DNA of 64,000 bases from Gnetum montanum (Eukaryota > Plantae > Gnetophyta). The notes beneath the pieces are model-generated. The model was not told the origin of the DNA. It was given only the letters and a program-made list of their open reading frames with translations, and ran no database searches. This document shows, in pieces, positions 1-12,650 of the stretch (position 1 is the stretch's first letter; every line of letters begins with the position of its first letter). The stretch spans positions 74,744-138,743 of the forward strand of contig MNCI01000161.1 in the NCBI GenBank assembly GCA_015680685.1, written 5' to 3'. Both the position numbers and the translations under genes were made by a program.

Positions 1-29
1 GTTATGTTAACACATACCGTAATTGACTA

Positions 30-822
30 GATAAAGATGGGCCACCTTCCCAAGAAACTATCTGACCCTGGGAACCCCTTAATTCATTTATAGATCGCCA
101 GAAATGCACCACATCGAACTCTTCTTGACTCAGGTTCCAAAGTCAACCTAATTTCACAAAAGATGTATCAAGCCTGGAACCTGCCCCAACTTAAGAAGAG
201 TAACATACAACTGGAGCTGGCTGACCAATCCATCACCATTCCCTTAGGGTTGGTGGAGGATGTTATTACCATTGTGTGTGGTTGGTCCTACCCAGTTGAT
301 TTCCTGGTGATTGAGGTTAACAATGAAGGGGGCTTCCCCATTATAATGGGAAGGTCGTGGCTAAGTACTGTAGATGCATACCTAGGAATTCGTTATCTTT
401 CCTTGCAAATTTCTAAGATAAAAATTTATGGAAAGATCGAGAAGAAGAAGATTCCATGCATCACATACAGTGATTCATTAGGTGATGACATGGAGGGATG
501 CTCATCTCCTCCATGCAGTAGGTGTGCCCTTGAAACTCTCCAACAAAGATGCCTGTATGTAGCAACCACACAAGAAGTAGTAGAGACCCCGTGGTTGACA
601 ACTACTTGTAAGAGCAGACAAATATGCATGGAACGAACTGAGGAAACTCATGCCAACAACTGTGGCATAGACACATTGGAACGTGAGCGTCGCCAACTTC
701 CACCCCTCAACTTAAGATCATCAATTGGGAGAAGTTGGGCACTTCTTAGAAATTCAAATAGACGGTCATCATTTCAGATCTCTCCCTTACAACTTAGTCA
801 TGGGGGAGACGGCCACCTATGA
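30..822 (+). pseudogene. Athila-type retropepsin (aspartic protease) and linker
   Basis: Translation LSDPGNPLIHL*..LLDSGSKVNLIS..LELADQSITIPLGLVEDV..YPVDFLV..PIIMGRSWL, with an in-frame stop near 91. Confidence 0.85.
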
Positions 823-964
823 TAATCATATGGGGCCCTCAGTTCTTTTTCAATTTTTTTTTTTACACATTTTTGTTTTACAACGTTTTTGTTTTACACA
901 TTTCTGTTTTACAACTTTCTTTAACCTTTTTAGTTTTTGTTTTACATCATTGTTATACGTTTTC

Positions 965-969
<5 letters not shown>

Positions 970-1000
<31 letters not shown>
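970..1000. repeat. (TG)n microsatellite
   Basis: About 15 perfect TG units. Confidence 0.95.
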
Positions 1001-1002
<2 letters not shown>

Positions 1003-1138
1003 CATCCATCATGTAAGTTCATCACCCAATAAGTATTCAGACCGATGGTATGAACTATTTTCATATTAATTGCTAATGTTTGGTTTTTACCTTTAAGTCA
1101 CAATGTTGATACTAAGGTATGTTTCTTTTGATATGGCA

Positions 1139-1375
1139 NNNNNNNNNNNNNNNNNNNNNNNNNNNNNNNNNNNNNNNNNNNNNNNNNNNNNNNNNNNNNN
1201 NNNNNNNNNNNNNNNNNNNNNNNNNNNNNNNNNNNNNNNNNNNNNNNNNNNNNNNNNNNNNNNNNNNNNNNNNNNNNNNNNNNNNNNNNNNNNNNNNNNN
1301 NNNNNNNNNNNNNNNNNNNNNNNNNNNNNNNNNNNNNNNNNNNNNNNNNNNNNNNNNNNNNNNNNNNNNNNNNNN
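1139..1375. other. Assembly gap (237 N)
   Basis: Run of N. Confidence 1.
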
Positions 1376-2655
1376 AAAAAAAAAGTGAGAATTCAAAGCA
1401 CACCCCCTAGAAAAAATAAAATTTTGGCTACAAGCACTGGTTATGGAACCTAAAGTGTTCCCTCTAACTAAGGCCCTTCTCGCTTCCCATTGTCTCCTTT
1501 GTTTTTTCAAAATGGTGGTGGCTCTTTGAAGATGCATCCTCATATTCGAGTGGATGGTTTAACCGAATGCATTGATGCGAAGTCACTAGAAGTGGTTGGT
1601 TTGAGCCCAGAGTTGGAATGAGATTTGCCAAGTCACATTAATCATCAAACACACAAGGGGCTGTACACCACCTTGTTCTTGAGATTCCATTCCATTTCTT
1701 GTCTCTCCTTCCTTCTCTCCATTGTTCACCTCATTGTCGGTTGTATCATTAGTGTATATATTTTGGTTGATGCATTGTTTTCTTTTTGGTAAATTCTTGT
1801 GGTTAAGACTTTAACTCTTGTTCCAAAAGACATTCCCAGAGCTTACGGACTCTTTGAATGTGGGTTTGTCAGGACATTAACGGAATGAGCCTACTTTGGG
1901 GAGGATCCACTGACATTCCTATTTGGAGCATTAGTTATCTTCTTTTCCTTAGCATTTTACAATTGATTTTATTTTGTTCATTTCCATCTTGACATCTCTT
2001 TTATCGATGTCCTAGTTGTCCATTTTTATCTCTCTATCTTACCCCTTTTCTTTCTCCATTCTTTCGCTACCGGTGATTCGTGATTAGTCATGGGGCTACG
2101 AGGCCTGATTTTTCGATTTTTCTTCTAAGCCTTGAATTTTTTCGTTTCTCTTCCTAACCCCTACACCTTTAGTAGTCATCATCTACATCTTCCCAGGTCC
2201 ATATTAGCCATACCACAACCTAGCCAATGGATTTACACCGAAGTAAGGTATTAATTACATGATGATTCATTTACCCTTGCTAATATATGATTGTGTTGTG
2301 TGTGCAGATGGTGATCATACAACAACGGAATGGATCTGGAGCAAACACTTGGAATGGAGCAGCGCTGAAGCAGCTATGCAAGGAGCAAGATCGATGGCGC
2401 ACTTATGGATGGACAATGAAGGCGCAATCTTGGCGTTGGTAGCAGCAACACTTCTTTCTATCTCTCTCTTTCTCTCTCAGTTGCCAACAAAGGCCTGATG
2501 TCATTGTAATAAGGTGTTCACCCTTGTTGTCAAGTCTTGTAATAGTGATCTGTTCACATGTCATCCCATTAGTTCCATTCCCCTCAATAATTCCATACCT
2601 TCCCAATATTATTGTAAGGAACTCGAGGACGAGTTTTCGTTCAGTCATGTCAGTA

Positions 2656-3585
2656 TGATGAGACGCGATATGCACAAGCCACGATATCACGTCATCCCCT
2701 GCGATATTGCGTATGCCATATCGTGGTTCATCGCCAAATCTATAAATAAGAGGTGGCACTCCCCTCATTTCACATCCTAAGCTAGAAGTAGCGAAGCTTT
2801 GGCGGATTAATCACCCCAGAGATAGAATATTTTCCATGTGCCTGCAGTAGAAGTCCCCCAAGTAAACGATTCTTTATTAGAGCAGCTTTGTACCTGAACG
2901 CAAGTTGTGTACGGCAATAAAGACGAACTTTGTGGATAAACCTTGCAGTACATGGATAGGTTTATTTAATGTTATTTATTGCTTTCCTAGTAGTGTAGCA
3001 TGAGTACGACTTGGTTATGAGCATTCACGAATGTGTATGGCTAGCCAAGGAATCGGCTACTCATCGTGATTAGATTCTCTCACCCTTATCTCCTAGAACG
3101 TGGGACGAGTACAACTTGATTATGAGCATCTACGAATGTGTACGGCTAGTCAAGGAATCAGCTGCTCGTCACACTTAAGCTAGTTAGGTGCCTCAGTATG
3201 ACCGCTTCAAGCATGTGCGTTATGTGTGGTAATTCCAATAACGATTAGTGTTTGGTAGCCATAGTTGCACAGTTCAGGGTGTGTACGGCAAGTGGGAATG
3301 GATGCTGACGCTAGGACTTAGCGCTGTCGATAGAGTTAGTTTTAGTCTCTCAACCCTTCACCCTTTAGCATAGGAGATAAACCTGAAAAGACCAAAAAAA
3401 TCATATACCTCGGACTTACTTAACCATACACCGTGACAACAACAAGTAAGTCTGGGAAGACAACAATTAATTAACCCCAAGTGTTCCTTGTGGCGTTTAG
3501 GCATTTATTCTACAGAGTTCGACCGGATCGCACGTGCTACACTCTTTTCATATGATTGAGTGTAGGGGTACCTCGCCACTCATCA
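2656..3585 (+). repeat. Athila-like 3' LTR (930 bp)
   Basis: 7-bp terminal inverted repeat TGATGAG/CTCATCA, TATAAATA near 2741 and AATAAA near 2916. Its 3' end is homologous to the LTR starting at 11753 on the other strand. Confidence 0.85.
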
Positions 3586-4198
3586 CTTGTATTATGTTGC
3601 ATCATGCTAGATTACGTTGCATAGCATAATTCAGCGTAAAATAGCAAACCTGCAAAAAATTGAAGTGTTGTCACCGTGCTTCCTTTGTTTTTGATCAATC
3701 CTTCTAGGGTTTATTATGCTACACTATGTAATGTAGCGTAATAGGCCCCTTAACCGAAAAACTTATTGAAATATGTGAAACACTGAAGATCATCATTTAA
3801 GCCTTGAGATTTTTTGCTGGGTCGGCAAAGTCTCGAATTTTTTGCCATCTCTAATGTTGCAATGGGCTGCCTTCTAGCATTACACTGTGTTACACCACAT
3901 TACGTTATGTTGCGTAATGCTACGTAATATGCCAAAAGTTAAGATTTTTTGGGTCATGGGAAACTTGCAGTTGAATGCTTATCGTCGCTGGGAAATTCAC
4001 AGATTTGAATGCTTGCCGTCGTGCACTCCTTGTCTTGTTTTGTCTTCTAGAATTTATTATATTGTGCTGCATAGCATGGTAGAATAGACCCTTTAGTCGA
4101 GAAAGGAAACTTGCTAAGCTGCGCCTTGTCACAAATTCTTGCCTGAGTCACAAGATTTTTCTAAGCCGTTGAGGCCTCAAAATTTTCATGGTGATTCA
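3586..4198 (-). repeat. First ~610 bp of a Tat-related LTR, interrupted by the Athila-like element
   Basis: The reverse complement begins TGAATCACC and aligns by eye to LTR 42509-43100 (e.g. TCTAGAAGACA.AACAAG, TTTTTGCAG, repeated TTACGC/TTATGC motifs). Confidence 0.7.
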
Positions 4199-4985
4199 AT
4201 ACCAAGTCATAGATACAAACCTTATAAAGCATACCTTTTATCTTCATGTAATGCATAACTTGGTGAAGAAACTATTGTTTCTTCTTGTTGTCCCATTCTA
4301 GAGGAGTCTTCTAAGTGAGCAGATAAGAGAGGAATTCAGTGTACCAATTAGAACCATTAGGACCTTGAACCTCAATAACTTTTGTAAAGAGGAGTTCAAT
4401 TGGAAATTGATCATATAAAGTTTCCTTATTCTCTTTGTTATCCCATTGTAACTAATACAAGATATCAGTGACCACATTCTCAGTTTTCTTTCTATCCATC
4501 ATCGTAAGATCAAACTCCTATAGAATCACTAGCCACTGTATAGCATGGGTGTTCACCACTAGCTTATTCATTAGTAACTTGATAGAATTATGTTCTATCT
4601 ATATAAAGATATAATATCCAAGTACATAATGCCTAAATGTCTCTAAGGTGTATACCACTATCATAAGCTCCTTTTCGATGGTGGTGTAATTCAACCATGC
4701 CTCCACAATGCTTTTACTTGCACAATGGATGTAATAAGAACATTTTTTATCATTAATTATGTAAGTAGTACCTCCAATGCATAATTGGATACATCTATCA
4801 TGATGTGAAAGGGTCTAAACTAATCTGGACCATGTAGAATGGGAGTCTCTATGAGCTTTTATTTTAACTATTAGAATCCTAGCTTGCATTCCTTGGTACA
4901 ATTGAAGGATGCATCCTTTTTTGTTAGCTCTACTAATGACTTAGAAATTTTTAATAAATTTTTGATGAAGCACTAATATGAACCA
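4199..4985 (-). pseudogene. Athila-type RT thumb / RNase H remnant
   Basis: FIKNLLKISKSL..TPILH..LNYTTIEKELMIVVYTLETFRHYVLG..QWLVIL*EFDL. Collinear with 19030-19390. Confidence 0.75.
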
Positions 4986-7720
4986 ATAAAATCCTTTAGG
5001 ACTTCGTTCATGAGCCTCATAAATGTAGTTGGAGTGTTGGTTAGCCCAAAATACATGACTAACCACTCATATAAGCCATCTAGTGTTTTAAAGGTTATTT
5101 TCCATTCATCTCCTAGTTTAATCCTTATTTGATGATAACCAATTTTTAAAATCAATTTTAGAAAGAATCTTAGCATTTTTAAGAACATTAAGAATGTCAT
5201 CCATCCTAGGAATAGGAAATCTATACTTTATAGTAATCCTATTAATAGCCCTAGAATCTATGCACATCCTTAATTCATCAGTGTCCTTCTTGGGAACTAA
5301 CATAGCTAGAATGACACAAGGAGATATGGATTCCATAATAAAACCATTAGATAGTAATTCACTTACTTAATCAATTCTTCCCTCTAATTTGGAGTCATGC
5401 AGTAGGCTCTTTCATTTGGAATTATAGCTTCAAGTATGAAATCTATTTGATGTTGGATGGATCTCATTGGTGGAAAACCTTCCAATTTTCCCTTGAAAAC
5501 ATCAACAAATTCCAATGCCAAATGTTGCATTGCTAGAGGAAGTTCATTTTTATGCTCCTCTTCACTTTTTGCAAGTGTTGACATGATGAAAAAACCATTC
5601 CCAACCTCCTCATGTGCTTGTAGGTACTCTTTCTCACCAAGTAAGATCAATGAAGCATTAAAAAGGATATTTTCCTTACATTATTGGCAAGTCATAGGAA
5701 TGAGTTCATGTATTCAATTTTCTCTTGGAATAGACCAAACATTTCTTGCATCACTAAAAGAAGCCTTGTTGTCAAAATTCCAATGTCTTTCCAAAATAAC
5801 AACAATACAATTAATAGGGAGGATGTCACAATGTACCCTATCTTTAAAAGAACCAATTCTAAAAGATAAAATACACCTCTCCTTAACTTCTTGAAAATGA
5901 TCCTTAGATATCCAATAGACTCTATAGGCCTAGGATGTGGAAATGTCTTCAAACCTAGCTTAGAAATATCTTTTGAAGAAATCACATTTTCTTGAGCTCC
6001 CTTGTCAATTAAAATTTGTATCCATTCACCACTATCTAGACACCTAGCTCCAATCCTAAAGAGCATCTTTCTTCACATTGGCATTAACATTTTCCATAAA
6101 ACTATAAGAATTAATTTCAGTAATATCTTTAATCATTGGTGCAGGAGGATTACCTTCATTAGAGGATTTTTTCTTTTCTAAGGTCTAAAGTTCCTTACTT
6201 TTGGAGATCTTTGGTGTTTTGCACTTCCATTTTTTGTGTCCCTTTTCATTACAATTGAAGCACTGAAGTCTAGATGCATAGTTATTTTCTTGACCCTTTC
6301 ATTCTTGGAGTAGTCTTTTTTGGAATCTTGGTCCTCCTTGAACTTCTCTTGATTCTCCTTTGTGTCTTCTTTGGCATTTCTCTTCTCCTTAGCTCCTTTC
6401 TCACATTTAGAATCTTTGGAGTCATTACCTTTAGAAATTTTGGGATGTCTATTATACCCTTGGAGTTTCTGCTTAGCCTTAAGAGCCAATTTAAAAACCT
6501 CATCCAATGTTGAGGGCTCATAGAAGGTTAGCTCTTATTGATACTTCCTTTTAAGTCCTTCTTAAAAGTTAGATTCTTGTTCATAATCATCCCAAAGAAA
6601 TTTTGCAATATGGAAAGACTTACAAAAATCCATGTAGTAATCCTTCACACTCTTATCACCTTGCCTTAGCTACTATAATTTTGTATGACCTCTTGTCTAT
6701 GATGTTTCTTCTCAATTTTTTCCTTGAGCATGAACTACATTAAAGAGAAATCATTGATAGGAGTGTCATTATTCACCTTGTAAGAATGACATTCATTTTC
6801 CCACCATACAAGTGCTATGCCTTTCAATTTTGTTTCAACAAAAGACATCTTTTGATAATTCTCAAAATCTTCAAGTTCAAAGCACTTATTAATCCTTTTC
6901 AACCAAGAGAGAAAAGATTCAGTTCCTTCCATGTCATTGAAGGATTTGACTTCAACATGAGGTATCCTTGAAGCATGCTTGAAAGTGTTCGCAAGAGTGA
7001 CTTCAATTCCTTCACCTTGCTTCCTTTGAGACTTAGAAGAAAGTTCCTTTTTCCTTTTCCTAGGAAAAATGAAGCCTTGAGACTTATTTTCAACACTAGA
7101 ATCATGAAGAAAAACATCATCTTAAGCTTCTCCTTCTCCAAGGTATTCATCCTTAAAAGGAATATCATCTTCAAGGGATGGCATTGATGAATGTCTTCAA
7201 GAAGGTCTTGTGAAGAATTACATGACTTGTACCCTTGCTTCGATGCTTGTGGTGAAGAAGCAGTTCCTTTGTTCTCTCCAAGCTTTTCAATTTTCTCAAT
7301 AATAGGCTTAAGAGCATTTCTCATGTCATCCATGTCTCTTAACAAAGATTTAACTATGTTCCTCTTTGGATTCATCATGGAAATTGATCTAAAAGGAAAT
7401 TTTTAGAAAATTCTACAAGGAAATGTGAAATGTTCAAGATTTCTCAAAGAATAAGACAAGAAGTTTTTGGATCTTAAGAGAAATAATCATAAGATCTTCA
7501 AACCCTAGCTATTACAAGCCAATGGATCTCCAATTTCACAATTATCTTCTAATTCTTAAAAGATATGGCAAACTTAGGAATCAAAGGGAAATTCTCAAAC
7601 TCTAGGATGAGTAGAACAAGTAGCAAGAAAAAAGTCATCCCAGCTTGAGAATTTGGATTGATTCTTTGTAATTGAGATGATAATTATCCACTTTAATGAA
7701 ACTATCTTCAATTCCAAGAT

Positions 7721-7732
7721 ACTCTAATACCA
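7721..7732 (-). promoter_or_regulatory. Primer binding site, tRNA-Met type (degenerate)
   Basis: Minus strand TGGTATTAGAGT versus consensus TGGTATCAGAGC, 3 nt from the LTR end. Confidence 0.75.
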
Positions 7733-7735
7733 ATT

Positions 7736-8541
7736 TGATGAGTAGCTCCCATGGATTCCACATCCAAGATCTTTGAAAGTCATAAAAATTGCAAATTGAA
7801 TAAGAAAAAGGAAAATGAAAGCTTTATTCTTTCTCAAATTGAGAAATTACAGCTAAAGGGAAGCATAATTCCCAAGTATAGACAAGAGATTTAATCCAAC
7901 TCTCACACAGTCAATCAAAGCAATTACACACACACAAGGATGATCATTAAGGCACCTTGCCAATACTCAATCTCTCTCTACTCTTCTCTCAACTTCCTAG
8001 ACTCTCTTCAATATCTCTTCAAACTCTCTCTAGACTTAAATTGATGGTACAAAAGGTCTATTTATACCTTTTCCCCTTATCTCTTCATAATCCCTCTAAT
8101 ATATCATTCAATTTAATGTTCATTAAAATCCATGAAAGATGTCTTCAAGAAATAGGAGACGTCTCTACTAAGTGCAAAGGTCATAGAGTAGATCCCTTCA
8201 AATCATGTGGGATGTCTCAACAAAGACATCTACAATGTAGATAAGACATCTCACTTGAAAATGAAAGGTCTCCTTTGTAGATGAGACATCTCCTCTACAA
8301 GGCCAAAATACAACTATGCTTATTTTGAGGCCTGGAACCTTCGATCACCTCCAAACTAGTTCCCATAGCCCTTAAAACACCCTAAAGTCATCAAAATAGG
8401 CCCACAAAACTTCCAAACATGTCAAAATACCTTGATATCATAATCAAAAAAAACAAAATTGAAATATAAACACAATAACACATAAATATTTATGCATAAA
8501 CATATTGAGGTTTAGAGATGGGTTGGTTGATGTCCTCATCA
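7736..8541 (-). repeat. 5' LTR of the CRM-like element (806 bp)
   Basis: TGATGAG...CTCATCA ends, TATA-like signal near 8060 and repeated AGACATCT motifs at 8135-8292. Athila PR sequence resumes at 8542. Confidence 0.8.
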
Positions 8542-11500
8542 GACTATTCATATTTTCTATATGTAATGACACCCTATCTCATTGTATGTGATACATGGAA
8601 CCCTCTTCTTCTCCACTTTATCAGCTTCATTTTCCTTGAATATTTCCAAGGAAATGTCTCTACTCCCCATATTGGCATCTATGGTACTTAGCCAAGCCCT
8701 CCCCATAATGATGGGAAAGTTCTTACAATTATTCATGTGGGTTACAAGGGAATCTATAAGATATAACCATCCACACATAGTGGTCACAATGTTCTCCACT
8801 ACCCCAAAGGAAATAGTGATGGGCTAATATACAAGTTCTAGTTTGATGTTGCTCTTTTTGAGAGAAGGTAGCTTCTAGGTCCTGTACATTTCTTTTGAGA
8901 TTAAGTTCATTTTATAACTTGAATCTAATAGAGTCGTAGATGGATCCTTTCCTGTAATCTATAAATAGATAAGGGGACTTCCAAGATTAGATCATTTCGT
9001 AGGAATGTGTCCATCTTTTATCCAATTGGTGACCATGTGGATCAACATGATGATGTGGACACTCAAGAACTTTTGGTGTGAAGGCTACTCAATGGTCCTT
9101 TGAGAGGCCGATGAAGCATGGTTAATAGCCATGGGTGCCTACAAGGATTTTTTTATGGTTTTTTATTCTAAATAATTTCCTCTTATGAGGCTTCTATTTA
9201 GAATCACTCAAACAAATGTTCAATAGTAAGTTTACTACCCTTACAACATTTTGATTTTGCAAGTATGTTGGAATTTCTTCCTACATAGGTGAAGTAGGTT
9301 GCAATAATGTGATGGTTGATGATGTAGGGGTTGCTAAGGGATATGGAGAAAGAAAATAAAAAGGAAACTCACTTCTTTAAGAAGTTACTCTATAATATTC
9401 TAAAGGATAGTAGTGATGAGAAAAGTAGACATGCCTAGATGAGTCATGAGGAGATACAACTTGTTGTACATAATATCCATAAGGATATATCTACCTATAA
9501 GGATACTACTACTGTGGTGGTGGCATCCTGCATAACTATGCATTTTTCCACTACTAGTATTTCTCATGTAGTTAAGAAGTTACTCCACTTGAATAATATG
9601 TTATTTGGTGGAACTACTAACTGTAGATGCCTTGTGGATAAGGCAAATACCTAGGTGGCTATCTCTTTGCTAGATATAGGTTTAAAGCATATGCACTAAA
9701 GTCTTACAAATGTGACACAATATGGCAACATCCCTTGAGATGTTCATAGTGATAGATGTCACAATTTTCATCATCTATTTTGGAATCTACAACCTCCTTG
9801 ACCATTGTAGCTTTACCCCTTTTTTATTGTCACTTCTTCTTGCATTCTTCTTTTTCCTTCTATCTTAATCATTATCCTCTTACTCTAGTCTTCCTTCTAT
9901 AATTTTAAGAGCTATTTGAAACTTTTCATCAAAGGAGTCCCACATTTTATCAACCTTAGCTAATATTTCAGTGACATTTTTGTATTGGAAAGATCTTCCT
10001 CTACACCACTTCATCAAGGGATGCTCTAAATCATAAAAAAACACACCTCCCTTTTATGAATGAAGAGATCCTTGTTATAATTCTTTACAATCTTACACTT
10101 TTTCAACTTCTCTTCTTTGACCACCCAGTCTATTGACCCCTAAATATAATGGGTCCATATTTCATAGAGTCTTCCTTGATCATAGACCCCAAGGATTTCA
10201 TTAGTGTTATTCCAAAGTCGATCTATGATGTGGAGAAGTTTTTCTCTTTAAGAGTATCCATGGCCTAGACATCAATGCAATAGAGAGTATTACCTATCTA
10301 GGACCACATCCAAGGACTCATCATTTTCTTGTTTCTATCCTTGGATCCACCTCTAGAATTTATACATTTTGGAGTAGGTTGGTATTTGTCATTGAATAGT
10401 TCCAACATGGTACTTCATCAGTGAATAGATTCTAGTTCCAAGAACCGGTACTAGCTTTTTTCTTATTTAATGAATATTCTTGGGAATAGTTTAAGCTTAT
10501 AACATTCGTTTTCTATGTTCTTCAAGGTACATGCATCATGAAAAGGTTGTAGATGATTTTTTGGATTTTCATTATATCTCCTTCAAGCATAGGGATATTA
10601 TTCATATACATCCTATTAATCCAACTATCTTGTTGATGCCTTGTAGGAATTCTCACTACCTCTAAAATATTGAGCATGTTTCTAGTAGCTAGTAGAGGGT
10701 CATCATAGTCACATCATTTACCATGGCCCCTTTCATGGCCATGATGCCTATGATGAGTCCTAATGTGCCTTCATTCCTAGTGGTGCTCTTCTTCCTCTTG
10801 TCATTGTCTCTAGTATTGGCTCCTATCATCATAATGGGATCTCCTATAATCTCCATCCCAATCTTGATAGCTTCTCCTTTTATCTTGACCATGCCTCTGC
10901 TTATCAAAGTTTGATGACAAAGAGGATGATGAATATGAAGAACGAGAACTTGAAGAATGATTCTTTTGCATCTCTTTTTTTTTCCTTATCATTCTTCTTG
11001 TCATTAGATGAATGACTAGAATTTCCATCCTTTGAGACTCCTTGGTTCTAAGAATTTGTCTTCCCTTCACCAAGGTTTTCCAAATTTGATTGTAACCATT
11101 GGTGAAGAATGTTCTCCTCAAAGAAAGGAGGATAATTTGTATATTGGGATTTTCCAAAAAAAATCTTCATCCTCTTTATGTTACTATAAGAATAATGATG
11201 TTGGGATCTTTTTGCCCTTATAGGTCTTATAGCATGCTTCCATGTGTCAATCTTTCTTATGTTGGGTATCTGTATGCTAATAGTCCCTATAGGTGTGCTC
11301 TAAGACCTCATATTGTGCATTGAGTACTACAATGCCTAATTTAATGAGGTTGGCCATCAACATGAAGAGAATATATCAATCATGAGGTAAAATAATATTA
11401 TCTTCCATGTCCTCTAGCACATATGTTCATCTTGATAAAGGATAAAAGTGAAATTTCAATTATAAGGATTGAGATGAACATAGATAACTCTAAATTATTG

Positions 11501-11600
11501 GGGCTTCTTTAGTACCTCTTGTCATTGATTTGATTCACCTATGCATGGTGGAGACTTGTTCCTGTAAAAAGAAGCCATGTTAGTTGTGTATATAATTAGT
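8542..11600 (-). pseudogene. Degraded Athila-like gag-PR
   Basis: PR (GVVENIVTTMCGWLYLIDSLV..PIIMGRAWL) at 8557-9030, Cys/His knuckle remnants near 9700-9770 and gag core near 10380-10610. Collinear with 39134-42500 and 1-822. Confidence 0.8.
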
Positions 11601-11732
11601 ATGCCTTTGATATTTTAATTTCATAATTATTTTCCCTTTTTGAATAAGAGTGAGTCATTGTTATTTTTATCTTTACAACAACTTCATATAAATTCACATT
11701 CTATTACTAATCAGTGCACTTAACTAAACTAA

Positions 11733-11752
11733 GTCCCCAACAACTACACTAA
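11733..11752 (-). promoter_or_regulatory. Degenerate Athila PBS (tRNA-Asp type)
   Basis: GTCCCCAACAACTACACTAA resembles the reverse complement of TTGGCGCCGTTGCCGGGGAC and abuts the LTR end. Confidence 0.55.
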
Positions 11753-12650
11753 TGATGAGTGACGAGTGTCTCCTACACCCAACCATATGAATTATAAGCA
11801 TCCACTAGTGATCTGGTTGAATTCTATAGACTTAGTCTCCATAGTTTTCCTATAGTCCTAAAGAGTGAATTGTGAACTTGTATGATTGTTTTCTTCCTAA
11901 CTCACAATTGTGTGTTATCAGTGCATATGGTTAAATATGGGTTAAGGCACATGATATCTATTTTTATAAGTATTTTAATGGCTAGATAAGTGGATGAAGA
12001 TTTAATAATTAATGATCTAACTAATCAGCTAATCTAGTCACTAATCCTAACATAAAGTAACCATTCCCACTTTTTATACATATTATGAACTCATATTAAT
12101 GCTACAAGGTTACCAAGTGGCTGTTATTGGATGTAGCAAATATCCACTACTAGGATTACCAAGCATAACATGTTATGTTTGAAGTAATTGTACTAATGTA
12201 TTTATGATTATTTGCATTAATTAATATAAATCATTCATGTAAATTGCATAAAAAGTAAAGTTCTAATTAAAATCATTTATGCAATGAATGTAGGAAATCT
12301 TGACTTTATTGTTGTTCATGCCAATACACTTAAGTACATAGGCACTCAAATAAAGCATTGTACAATCCCTTATATTTAGATTTCACGCACTCAAAGGAAA
12401 AATATTCTAACTCTAGGAAGGTGAAACTACAAGAACTTGGCTATGCTATGATTTCTAAGTGTCATTAATATGGGTGGTAATTGCATTTATATAGACATTT
12501 CCTACATTAGCATCGATGCATCTATATCAATGCATCCTATCATGCATCAATAGGACTACATCTATGGGGTTACATCAATGCATGCCCATCAACATAGCCT
12601 ATTTAATTCATGATTCATTAAAGTACCACTAAAATATCTAATTATTAAAG
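11753..12650 (-). repeat. Athila-like 5' LTR (distal boundary approximate)
   Basis: Starts TGATGAGTGACGAG..CCTACAC.CAA.CATATGAA, the reverse complement of the end of LTR 2656-3585. Confidence 0.7.

Larger units (their letters stand above)
1..3585 (+). mobile_element. 3' part of a non-autonomous Athila-like LTR retrotransposon (PR, non-coding region, 3' LTR; no RT/INT)
   Basis: Athila-type protease at 1-450, then T-rich non-coding DNA, the hairpin AACTCG-AGGA-CGAGTT just before the LTR, and an LTR with TGATGAG...CTCATCA ends. The 237-N gap is too small, at its stated size, to hide pol. Confidence 0.75.
4985..8541 (-). mobile_element. CRM-like chromovirus (5' LTR, PBS-Met, gag, PR, N-half of RT), 3'-truncated
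   Basis: gag (FLSWLKRINKCFE..KLKGIALVWW), PR (LIDKGAQENVIS) and RT ([39 protein letters not shown]; [43 protein letters not shown]). Confidence 0.8.

Noticed and set aside
1098-1543. ORFs spanning the N run
   Set aside because: Artefacts of the assembly gap.
10689-11323. Short hydrophobic plus-strand ORFs
   Set aside because: Antisense shadows of the R/S/D-rich low-complexity gag N-terminus on the minus strand.
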